Shown: piece by piece, positions 46,104-57,600 of the stretch
How positions within the stretch are numbered: position 1 is the stretch's first letter
Layout: every line of letters starts with the position of its first letter
Origin: Tubulanus polymorphus
Lineage: Eukaryota; Animalia; Nemertea
Direction of reading: 5' to 3'
DNA length: 64,000 nt
NCBI RefSeq assembly: GCF_964204645.1
Contig: NC_134033.1
Coordinates: 1,446,131 to 1,510,130, forward strand
Notes under the pieces: model-generated
Databases searched by the model: none
Told to the model about the DNA's origin: nothing
The model's input: the letters and a program-made list of their open reading frames with translations, nothing else
Program-made: the position numbers and the translations under genes

Positions 46104-47174
46104 ATGAATTCTACCACAATCACTACGACTATGGGTTTAGTATCCTGCGAGGACCTGAGCCTTTATCCACCCTTAAGATGGGATCACGTTTTCAGTTATA
46201 GTATTTACCTATACGGGTATTTGCCGGCTTCAGTTTGCGGAATGTTTCTAAACTCTGCTTCTATTCTCGTTTTCACAAAGATCGGTCGCTCCACTTATCA
46301 AACTATAATCATTCTCGCCTGGTTTGATTTACTGTTTCTATTTTCAGTGTTTCTTCTTTATCCACTTCGGATATTAGTAATCCAACAATATGAAGTAGTT
46401 CTCGGCCGTTTCGATGATTGGCTTTTTGGACACGAAATTATAATTTGGGTTCTACCGCTGTTTCATACGTTTCAAATGGCAAAAAATTGGGGCGTAGTTA
46501 CAGTAAATTTTGAAAGACTTCTGGTGGTCGCGAGTCCGCTGTATTTCAGACGATTCTGGAAGAAAAAACAAATCATTTTTCTGTCGGTTTTAAACATATT
46601 TTCTTCCGTCGTTTGTTTCTGGCCGTATTATTTTCCGCAACGTTTACCGGGAAGGCCCAGGCGGCGCTGTTTTAGACGTTTTTTCACTATGGGAGCTTTT
46701 GAAGCGAGAACAATTCGAACACCTTTTAGATATCGGGGTTTTGGCGCACTCAAATACATCGATAATTCCAATATGTTCATGACTGTTCTTGTACCTTATA
46801 TTTTGCTAATTATGATGAATCTAAATTTGTCAGGAATTATGATATTTAGAAAACTAAATCGAAAGAAACAATTTCACGCGGACGCGGCGGCGCCCGGTGA
46901 AAAATCTACCGAACTCAAAATATTAAAACTGGTTCTTATAATTGTAGCTATGTTCCTTATCCTTGAAACTCCCGCATCGCTGGACCGTATGCTAGTTTAC
47001 TTCCAAACAGAGTTACATCACGGTCTAGCCGGGGATGAAATGATGGTCATGCGTAAAGTAGGAATTCTGCTCAGTGTTTTAGACTCGTCCGTAAATTTCT
47101 TCGTTTACTGCGCAACGAACGTCGCCTTTAGACAAAAAGCTAAACAGATTTTACTGATAAATTATTTTTTGTGA
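46104..47174 (+). CDS. Tandem paralog of the peptide-receptor-like GPCR, 356 aa, intronless CDS
   Basis: Same motifs (LAWFD, NFERL, LETP, DSSVNFFVY). Flanking UTR sequence is homologous to the first copy. Confidence 0.9.
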   Translation: MNSTTITTTMGLVSCEDLSLYPPLRWDHVFSYSIYLYGYLPASVCGMFLNSASILVFTKIGRSTYQTIIILAWFDLLFLFSVFLLYPLRILVIQQYEVVLGRFDDWLFGHEIIIWVLPLFHTFQMAKNWGVVTVNFERLLVVASPLYFRRFWKKKQIIFLSVLNIFSSVVCFWPYYFPQRLPGRPRRRCFRRFFTMGAFEARTIRTPFRYRGFGALKYIDNSNMFMTVLVPYILLIMMNLNLSGIMIFRKLNRKKQFHADAAAPGEKSTELKILKLVLIIVAMFLILETPASLDRMLVYFQTELHHGLAGDEMMVMRKVGILLSVLDSSVNFFVYCATNVAFRQKAKQILLINYFL

Positions 47175-47671
47175 TCATGAACAGAAAACAAAAACAATTC
47201 CTTTCATGTCCTAGAATCAGATAAATCTTAATTCTCTATATTCATCTGTTTTGACGTCTTGGCTGCTGTGCGAGGGGTGTGCAGTATTAGTCCGCGTGGG
47301 CGCCAGACTATATAATAATAATATAAACTTTATTGTCAGTTACTAATAACTTTTGACGAAAAAAAAACATAAAATCACAAATTTATAAAAATGGTGATAG
47401 CAATTTACAGTCAGAAAATAAGAAATCCGAAATAACACAAAACACATTATAAGCTAATAAACCAGTTGTCCTAAACTTAGAGATGTTTCGAACATAATCT
47501 GTTTTGCGCATTAAATTTATGAATTGATCGGTGTTCGGGTGTACAAAATACTTTCTATAGGGATGTATTGAGATATGGGTGTAGCGTATGCGGGACATAC
47601 TAGTAAAACATGGTATAAATCTTCAATTTGATCATCATTACATTGTATATACTACAATACAGAGATTCCAG

Positions 47672-47714
47672 TACGCCTGATGGTGGCTTATAGTCTTAAG
47701 CCGAAACGTTACGC
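47672..47714 (+). ncRNA. Degenerate Penelope-type hammerhead motif, probably inactive
   Basis: CUGAUGG-U-GGCUUA(UAGUCU)UAAGCC-GAAA-CG-UU: A9 is changed to G and stem I is broken. Confidence 0.5.
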
Positions 47715-48884
47715 AAATATATATATATACTCATCTATTCAAGTTCCTCGTTTTTGCTGAATTATTTGTTGGATTTCTGTCGTTATTTCTAATGAAAATT
47801 GATACAGATGTACCCGCTATCAAAATACCCCTTACATTAATAATACGGTTTTTCGTGTCTGATTTCAGCCCTTTTACATTTAAGGAATAAAAGCCACTTG
47901 CCCGGAAGGTGGCAAGCATATCTGAAATTTTGATACCCTCTCAAAGATCAACCTGCCCCATACTCAAGCAGTCCGATAGGTGGCACTATCACATCCGTTG
48001 TATCGAGTGGGTAAAAATCTTTGAGACGTTTCACTAGCCCGTGATGATGACAATCGGCTTGTTCTAATGATAGTATACTTGTCGCGGGCAATCTCAGACA
48101 AGTGCTTAGATCGGACCTTATCTCTTATCATAGAAATCACAAAAAAACCTGGTATAAGTAAATCTAGCTTTATTCGTTTTTATAGTTTGTTGCAATACAA
48201 ACTTTATGTATCATATGAACAGAGCGATTGAAGCGGTTTCAGATTGGTTCGATAGCCCAAATTCTCTGCAAAAGGAAATGCTGGAATACACCAGTCATTG
48301 GGAGGTTAGATTCTGGTGCATTCTTTAGAAATATCGTTAAGATCGTGTTATGTGCCCCAAATGTTACTACGGTAAGAATGATCATGATAAGCACTGCAGC
48401 AAACTTCGCCCCACCTCGAGACAATCCGTGACGTCAGCAAAATCGATCCGGAAAACGGAAAATCACGGTGCAAAGCGTCAGAAATGAATGATTTCGTTGT
48501 TGTCCGAATAAGTTAAAAAATCCGAATTGGCCATGTCCAAGTCTGCGGCGAGGTTTAATTAATTCAGATTATAATGATAAATCACCGTAAGAAAACTTAT
48601 CATGTACTTATCTTGTCTTCATGTTTGGAGTTTGAATATGTAACTGCGATTCTGCAGCGGAGGCGCCCGGTCCGTTCTCAGAAACTACGCAAATATTCAA
48701 AGTTCTTATTGAATCCGTCAATATCAATCTCCCGTATTCATACCGTCAGATACCGCATCACACGAATATTGTCGTATCCATCGGTTTGGGCATTTGCCTC
48801 GGTACTCTGGGGTAAGGACTGCTCCGTTGCGGAGCTACCCTTATCGATACAGATATCCGGCGCTACCGGTGGTCATGTGACTAA

Positions 48885-48988
48885 ACAAAATGGCGGATTA
48901 CGCGCTGTGCGTGATAGACGGGCTGGATTAAATCGATTAATTAGTGTATTTGAAGTTGTTGTTATTGTTTATGGAAGTTCTAGATAAG
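48885..48988 (+). promoter_or_regulatory. Candidate promoter/first exon
   Basis: YY1-like AAAATGGCGG followed by a strong donor AAG|GTAAGC at 48988. Confidence 0.4.
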
Positions 48989-49454
48989 GTAAGCAGTTGA
49001 ACAGTTTATTCTACGATAGATTAGATCAGTCACGAGTGAATAGGTTCGCAACCAGAGCCGCAATTTACACCCGACCGGCAGAAATGGGAAGTGTGTACAC
49101 ACAGTGACACAGACAGTGTTTCAGAGCGAGGGGAGAGACCTGCTCTGCTTATGAATTACTCTATGAAGTCATTCACACAGTTCAATACCCTTTACATAGT
49201 GTTGAGTCCTTGAAATACCATATGGTATTCCTTTACTTTCATACCACGGCACTTTCAGCCAGCTACTCAAGTGTGATATATGGATGGAATAAAACCCCCT
49301 AATCTGAGATAATGGTAGGGTACTCCCTCCCCCAACTATTCCCATTGACAATATTTCCTGTCTTGTCATTTCTTTCAACTCAACAGATTTGTAAAATGAA
49401 GTCAATTCATGTTGACATTTGCTGCATGTGTGGTCTGTTTATTTTGTTGTTTAT

Positions 49455-49755
49455 ACCAGGTGACCAGCATCTCTAGACCAATCAAAATCTAGGGTTAGGG
49501 TTGTGGCCAATGTGCATACCAGGTGACCAGTTCTGACCAATCAGAAGCTAGGGTTAGGGTTAAGCTTGTGGACAATTAGCATACCAGGTGACCAGCAGCT
49601 CTAGACCAATCAGAATCTAGGGTTAGGGTTAAGCTTGTGGTCGATTTGCATACCAGGTGACCAGTTCTGACCAATCAGAAGCTAGGGTTAGGGTTAAGCT
49701 TGTGGTCGATTTGCATACCAGGTGACCAGTACTGACCAATCAGCAGCTAGGATTT
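49455..49755. repeat. About 60-bp tandem repeat containing TAGGGTTAGGG and CCAAT motifs (shorter copy at 42600-42715)
   Basis: About 5 units of ataccaggtgaccagttctgaccaatcagaagctagggttagggtt. Confidence 0.9.
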
Positions 49756-50989
49756 TACTGTACTGCTGTATTGACGACACATTGGCTCGAAAAGTCATTA
49801 TAAGAAATACATGTAAATTTATAAAATAGGAAATAAGACTTTATCAAATAACTAAATATACAATAAAATTCAAACACTGACTGCATTACAAATTCTCTTT
49901 AGAATTTGGTGATGATTCTAACATTATGCCGGTTTTGTAAACTGGATATAGTGAACAGTCAACAGTCTCAAAATATATCTGTGTGATTCAGAAATCAGAC
50001 TAAAAGATGAAGATGTATTATCAATAGCAGTAACAAGATGTTTCTAGTTGGTGGTTTAGCGATGATTTTGTGTTTGTTGATAGCTATCTGCGTGAACTGC
50101 AATGCGACGACTATCCTGATTCCTGACAGTTGAAAACAATTATTTCCTGTCTTAAAAGCGCGCTTCACACTAAAATCAATCCGAAAGCGCTATGCAATGG
50201 GATACCGGCAACACCAGATGGCGCAACAAAACACTGGGTTACTCTTTGTGAAAATCAGTTCATTTTCAATGAAACTTGAACATTATTTTTAGGCTTCCAA
50301 ATCCGGAAATTATCAAACGAGTCATCGAATTGATATAACATTTCCTTTCTCTCTCAGTATATGGTATTGATTTCACTGAAAATTGATTAACTAATCAGAA
50401 AATTTGACTCGAAGTTTATCGAAATGTAGAAGAAATCGAAGCGCGGTAACCCAGTGCCACTAGCGACACCTGGCGGATTATCGCTGAATCCTCGCTTCCC
50501 ACAGTAGCCTTGCCGGTATGCCATTATTTTAAACCGGGGGAAATTGACACAATTAGAAGAAAACATGCTGCTGCCAATACAATATGATTCAATACATTAC
50601 TATCTTCATGTATAGAGGAAACAAGCTTCTTGTTACTGCTGCCCTCTGTTGTCGTAGAAATGCACCAGCAGCAGCAGCAGCAGCAGCGGCAGCAACTTTA
50701 TTGATTTTTACCCGCGCTGATGACGCGCCTCGTACGATACTAATACATTCAACAGATAGATCACCACGGCGACGACGCAACAATATCCATCATCATCATC
50801 ATCAGCGAGCGATAAAAGAAAAACTCGTTAAAAATAATCATTACGAAATCTATTAACGGATATGTCATAAATATTCATATTGATCGCGGTTGAGACGACG
50901 AAGGACTGCTCCAATTTATTATCGACTGTTGTGTTACTGTTGAAGCATTTATCTATCGGAGGAATTTATATCAAGTATAGTAGACGAGT

Positions 50990-51255
50990 CAAGAGTCATT
51001 TGGAGTCACCTCAGTGCATTTAGATTCTTGGAGTCACCCACAGTGCATTTGTATATACTCATATTAGAGTGATTTTGGAGTCAACCTCAGTGAGTTTAGA
51101 TTCTTGGAGTCACCCTCAGTGAGTTTAGATTCTTGGAGTCACCCGAGTGTTTTTAGACTTTGAGTCAACTGTGTAGTGTGCTCAGATTCTTATTGCAGTA
51201 ATTCGGAGTAACCCCCAGTGCATTTAGATTCATATTGGAGTAATTCGGAGTCACT
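50990..51255. repeat. Degenerate tandem repeat (ttggagtcacc..cagtgcatttagattc)
   Basis: Directly visible; about 7 imperfect units. Confidence 0.75.
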
Positions 51256-52116
51256 CGTTGTGATTCATTTATGAAATAAGACAAAACAATCACAAATTTA
51301 ATCACAGATTGCTTGTGACATGTAGATTACGGAGGTATTTCAGTGATTAGATCACTCACTATCAGCTGTTTATATACCGGTACCGTAGATTGAGATTCGA
51401 CGATGTCGTTGACAAGATGGCCGCCCGCTCGTCCGTCTGCTGCTACCTGTTGTCATCTCGTAAACATCGCTTCTCGAAGCGTTTGTTGAACTCATAGCAA
51501 CCCGTCGCGGGGATTGAAAAGATATGATATCTTATAAACAGAACAATAACCTAGAAACAACCGAGGCGTAGCCGGTGAAGTTGAGGAAGCGTTGTCAGTG
51601 TCAGTGTCGTTGGAAATACTATCAGCTGAAAATCGATTATAATCTACTGACAATATACGCGGCAAGCAATAATTAATGCACTAATCAAAATTACATATGA
51701 GTAAATGGTGTTAAGATCGTCAAAAGTCGTCGATCATCATTTATATTTACTGTAATTCACTATATCATTTCAAATTACTGTAAACTATATTTGATCTCTA
51801 CTGATGGCAACTCTAAGCGAGGGTTCTTTTTTAAGAGTGGTAGATATTCCTATAGCCTATAACTCTTACGGTCTACAGGATTACTGAAAGTCTCTGTGAA
51901 CTTTCCATTCTAACTGTTGCGTCAAGTCATTTCAAATATAGGCCTATCTAGAATCTTGTATTATAGGATCCTGTCAAAGATTTGATTCTATTTTTTCCAT
52001 TTATTCGAGACTTTTCCTCCCGACGTTCGAAAGAAAAAACTATTTTAAGGATTATCATTAAATTAAAGATATTTTTATCCGTGTGTGCGTCATTGTTACG
52101 AATACTGTTTAATCTA

Positions 52117-52130
52117 GTCGCCATGGTAAC
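52117..52130. promoter_or_regulatory. RFX X-box (second near-palindromic site at 53128-53141)
   Basis: GTCGCCATGGTAAC matches GTYNCC-AT-RGNAAC and lies 80 bp upstream of ATG 52211. The second site is GTTACCATGGTTAC. Confidence 0.6.
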
Positions 52131-52210
52131 TGGGATATATTCGGCTGCTTCGTTTTCTACGAGTTGAAATCGCGTTTAAACTCGTCGATTCAACTCGTCG
52201 CGACGAGTTC

Positions 52211-52658
52211 ATGAAATCGGTCGCTACGATGCCGTCGACAGGCGGCGCCGCCGTCGCCGTCGTCAGCGGCAACGAAAACGTTATCGAACACGAAATCGAG
52301 AATTTCGTCGAGAATTTCAAAAAACATTGCGGCGTCGCCAATAGCGATAACAACAATGGAAATTGGTTGGAACGTCCGTTTAGTTTGGAGTTCGCCGGTG
52401 ATTCGGGTGACAATACTACTTCCTGTACGCCTGCTACAACTACCTCGTCGTCTGCCTCCTCAGTTTCATCTTACGAGACGTCGGCCGATGATAATTTGAT
52501 CGTAGTCGTGGAGGAGGAGGAGCAGACGACTGAGGAGCAGACGACCGAGGAGCAGACGATATCGTTCCTCTCATCCCCGAATGGTAACAGCAGCGTCGGC
52601 GGTAGCAGCGCATTCGAATCATGCTCTGAAGGTCACGTGGAGCTGCTTCCGTTCCGAG
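52211..52658 (+). CDS. Putative alternative first coding exon (acidic, Ser-rich N-terminus) of an unidentified gene continuing beyond the window
   Basis: 149 codons with coding-like GC/CpG composition, ending at a phase-1 donor CGAG|GTAGGT. A compatible phase-1 acceptor lies at 63988. Confidence 0.55.
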
Positions 52659-53504
52659 GTAGGTTCTTATATGGGCGGTTGGTTTACGTTTGATGATGTC
52701 ATAGGGGGATTGGTATTGGTAGCCATCTTCACTGGAAGGTTCTAGATAGATGGAAGGGTTTTAAGGTCAATTCGATGATGTCATAGGGGGATTTATGGAG
52801 GCAGCCATAATTTCTAGAGGGGTATATAGATTAGATCACTAGTAGACAATCTAAATATGTCATAGGAGGATGAAATGGAGGCGGCCATCTTTAAAGATGG
52901 CGGTTTTCTATCATATAAGTCTTAGAAGTTAAACCAAAGAACTCAACAATAAAATGATGATGTCATAGGGAGACTTTTAGGGGTAAACATCTTTTTTGGA
53001 AGGTCTATAGATGAAATGACTTAGCAATTCGATGATGTCATATGGGGATTTATGGAGTCAGAGTGTGGTAGTGGTTGTTGCAGATCACTGTGTTGCCGCT
53101 GAACCAGCTACTGACGGACGGAAACTAGTTACCATGGTTACTCGGTGATCGGAATATATATAGTGTACTTATGATAAGGCGTGTTGTTCGAAAGGAGATG
53201 TCGTCGTTCCATACGAGACAGTTTTCAATTTTAGACGTTGCTGGTGTTTTCAGGAAAAGCTCAATTCAGTTTTATAACCGTTTTAACGACTGCTGAAGAC
53301 AAAACCAGTCTCAAGATTTAGGACCACTTTTGGACATAAGCCTCGACTACGGCCTCTACTACAATATCTTACCAATAATATGCACACAGTCATGACTTCC
53401 ATCCCGAAGCGCTCTTAAATCATAAGACAGGACGATTAGCAATAGGAAAAATAAGAGATGGTCTTCTCTGTAAAGTCATGAGAATGCAACTACTAGAAAA
53501 CCAA

Positions 53505-53521
53505 TATATATAATATATATA

Positions 53522-53585
<64 letters not shown>
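53505..53585. repeat. (TA)n microsatellite
   Basis: Directly visible dinucleotide run. Confidence 0.97.
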
Positions 53586-53588
<3 letters not shown>

Positions 53589-54665
53589 AGTTGAGTGGAC
53601 AGCCGGTATGTGCCTGTCAGGCTATAGCGACACGGTAACCAATTATAAATCCTGGTCTCGGTTACCTTGTCGATTTTTCAATACTTTAATGGTAAAAAAG
53701 ATGCGTTATATTCGTCGCGGTGATAGTCGTCGGCATAGACGTTTATCTAATGGGGGAATAGTTCGCAAGAGAGGAGAGAGAGGATTAAGTGGTTTGCGGC
53801 GTTCCTCTGCGGAATGTCGGCGTGTAATTCTGAAATGGCCGTTTCGCGCGGAGGCAGGCGTAGAAAACGGTTTGAAAGTCCGCCGGGTTAGTATGCTTGT
53901 GTGTACGCGTGTATCTGAGTAACGGTTTCGCAACAACAACAAAAAAAGCGCTGAAAATTAGAAATTGTTTTCAGGCTTGTATTGAAATCATGTTTCTACC
54001 AATAACGAGACTTCGAGGATTTTGTATTGGACTTTTTATTTTGAAAATGCGATTTTATAGTTGAATCCAGTTCAACAGTTACAGGATCAGGGATCAGGGA
54101 TCCAATTCAACAGTTACAGGTTCTGGGATCAGGGATCCAATTCAACAGTTACGGGACCAGGGATCCAATTCAACAGTTACAGGATCAGGTATCCAATTCA
54201 ACAGTTACGGGATCAGGTATCCGGTTTCACAGTTACGGGATCAGGTATCCAGTTCCACAGTTACAGGATCAGGTATCCAGTTCCACAGTTACGGGATCAG
54301 GGATCCAGTTCCACAGTTACAGGATCAGGTATCCAATTCAACAGTTATGGGATCAGGTATCCAGTTCCACAGTTATGGGATCAGGTATCCAGTTCAACAG
54401 TTATGGGATCAGGTATCCAGTTCAACAGTTACAGGATCTGAGATCTGGTTGAGATCAGTCAAAGGTCTATCCTTGCGATCCGATCTTAGTCGACGACCTA
54501 AATAAGGGATTGAAACCGAAACTGGACCAACTGCTTTCAGGAAACGAAAAGTTAAAAACTTGAAAATTGAATTTTTTTCAGCCCAGCTTGAAAAAATCTG
54601 GCAATTTATTTTAAAGCATGACACTAGTATCCATTTTTAATGCCTCCACGACTTCCTCCACGACT

Positions 54666-57600
54666 TCAACCACGACTTCCTCCACGACTTCCTCCACGAC
54701 TTCCTCTCTTCTCGTTGTTTGACTTGTTTTGTTTATTTGACTTGTTTTGTTTATTTGACTTGTTTTGTTTATTTGACTTGTTTCGTCTGTTTGGTTTCTC
54801 TGGTTTGTCCTGATTTCCCGGTGCTCCAGAGTCTGGAAAAAGCAATTTCAAAACATCTGCAGTGGTTCCAGGTTTCAGAATGTCTGGAGGGCCTTGTTCC
54901 AGGCTTCAGGATGTCTGGATGGCCTTGGTCCAGGCTGAATATTGATAAAAGGTGGCGCTGCTAACACTGGTATCTTAGTTAAATGTTTTAATTTCTTAGA
55001 ATTTTTGTAACTTACCAGTGCAGGTTTCCTTGCATTCTTTCAATGACATAAATATGTTGTTTATTCCTGGACATTTGTCTTTAGGATGTTTCTTACAATT
55101 TTGTGCCGAAGGGTCAAAATAATAGGCTCCTGTCTCCACTCTGCAGACGCCTTGACTGCTGTCGGCTGGCAGTACCGCACAGGGTGTTTTATCAACATCT
55201 GTAACATGTGTGAGGAGAGAAAAAATTATTGAAATTTCATAATTCACGCTGTTCAAGGGGTAACCAGTAAGATCAGCTGGTATTCACTCTGTTCTAGGTG
55301 TAACCAGTAAGATCAGCTGGTATTCACACTGTTCTAGGTGTAACCAGTAAGATCAGCTGGTATTCACTCTGTTCTAGGTGTAACCAGTAAGATCAGCTGG
55401 TATTCACTCTGTTCTAGGTGTAACCAGTAAGATCAGCTGGTATTCACACTGTTCTAGGTGTAACCAGTAAGATCAGCTGGTATTCACTCTGTTCTAGGTG
55501 TAACCAGTAAGATCAGCTGGTATTCACTCCATTCTAGGTGTAACCCGTAAGATCAGCTGGTATTCACTCTGTTCTAGGTGTAACCAGTAAGATCAGCTGG
55601 TATTCACACTGTTCTAGGTGTAACCAGTAAGATCAGCTGGTATTCACTCTGTTCTAGGTGTAACCAGTAAGATCAGCTGGTATTCACTCTGTTCTAGGTG
55701 TAACCAGTAAGATCAGCTGGTATTCACACTGTTCTAGGTGTAACCAGTAAGATCAGCTGGTATTCACTCTGTTCTAGGTGTAACCAGTAAGATCAGCTGG
55801 TATTCACTCTGTTCTAGTTGTAACCAGTAAGATCAGCTGGTATTCACTCTGTTCTAGGTGTAACCAGTAAGATCAGCTGGTATTCACACTGTTCTAGGTG
55901 TAACCAGTAAGATCAGCTGGTATTCACTCTGTTCTAGGTGTAACCAGTAAGATCAGCTGGTATTCACTCTGTTCTAGGTGTAACCAGTAAGATCAGCTGG
56001 TATTCACACTGTTCTAGGTGTAACCAGTAAGATCAGCTGGTATTCACTCTGTTCTAGGTGTAACCCGTAAGATCAGCTGGTATTCACTCTGTTCTAGGGG
56101 TAACCCGTAAGATCAGCTGGTATTCACACTGTTCTAGGGGTAACCAGTAAGATCAGCTGGTATTCACTCCGTTCTAGGGGTAACCCGTAAGATCAGCTGG
56201 TATTCACACTGTTCTAGGGGTAACCAGTAAGATCAGCTGGTATTCACTCCGTTCTAGGGGTAACCCGTAAGATCAGCTGGTATTCACTCTGTTCTAGGTG
56301 TAACCAGTAAGATCAGCTGGTATTCACTCCGTTCTAGGTGTAACCCGTAAGATCAGCTGGTATTCACACTGTTCTAGGGGTAACCAGTAAGGTCAGCTGG
56401 TATTCACTCCGTTCTAGGTGTAACCCGTAAGATCAGCTGGTATTCACACTGTTCTAGGGGTAACCCGTAAGATCAGCTGGTATTCACACTGTTCTAGGGG
56501 TAACCCGTTAGGTCAGCTGGTAAAATACTTAATTGGCATGCAGTTTTCGCGGCACGCTTGCTCTGTGTCGAAATTGTTGGCATTCCCTTTGCAACCACCG
56601 TAGGTAAATTGAGTACACTGCGTTCCATCGAAGTAGTATCTATCTATCGCTGCTTTGCACGGCCCTGCTTCACGTGGTAAGGAACAGGGTGTTTTATCAA
56701 CATCTGTAACATGTGTGAGGAGAGAAAAAATTATTGAAATTTCATAATTCACGCTGTTCAAGGGGTAACCAGTAAGATCAGCTGGTATTCACTCTGTTCT
56801 AGGTGTAACCAGTAAGATCAGCTGGTATTCACACTGTTCTAGGTGTAACCAGTAAGATCAGCTGGTATTCACTCTGTTCTAGGTGTAACCAGTAAGATCA
56901 GCTGGTATTCACTCTGTTCTAGGTGTAACCAGTAAGATCAGCTGGTATTCACTCTGTTCTAGGTGTAACCAGTAAGATCAGCTGGTATTCACTCTGTTCT
57001 AGGTGTAACCAGTAAGATCAGCTGGTATTCACTCTGTTCTAGGTGTAACCAGTAAGATCAGCTGGTATTCACACTGTTCTAGGTGTAACCAGTAAGATCA
57101 GCTGGTATTCACACTGTTCTAGGTGTAACCAGTAAGATCAGCTGGTATTCACACTGTTCTAGGGGTAACCAGTAAGATCAGCTGGTATTCACTCTGTTCT
57201 AGGGGTAACCCGTTAGGTCAGCTGGTAAAATACTTAATTGGCATGCAGTATTCGCGGCACGCTTGCTCTGTGTCGAAATTGTTGGCATTCCCTTTGCAAC
57301 CACCGTAGGTAAATTGAGTACACTGCGTTCCATCGAAGTAGTATCTATCTATCGCTGCTTTGCACGGCCCTGCTTCACGTGGTAAGGAACAGGGTGTTTT
57401 ATCAACATCTGTAACATGTGTGAGGAGAGAAAAAATTATTGAAATTTCATAATTCACGCTGTTCAAGGGGTAACCAGTAAGATCAGCTGGTATTCACACT
57501 GTTCTAGGTGTAACCAGTAAGATCAGCTGGTATTCACTCTGTTCTAGGTGTAACCAGTAAGATCAGCTGGTATTCACTCTGTTCTAGGTGTAACCTGTAA

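Noticed and set aside
49488-49695. Interstitial telomere or chromosome-fusion site
   Set aside because: Only about 2 TTAGGG per unit, embedded in a larger repeat, with no head-to-head arrays.
50584-50856. ORF with poly-Ala/poly-His from CAG/CAT repeats
   Set aside because: Low complexity with no family signal; more likely UTR or promoter sequence.
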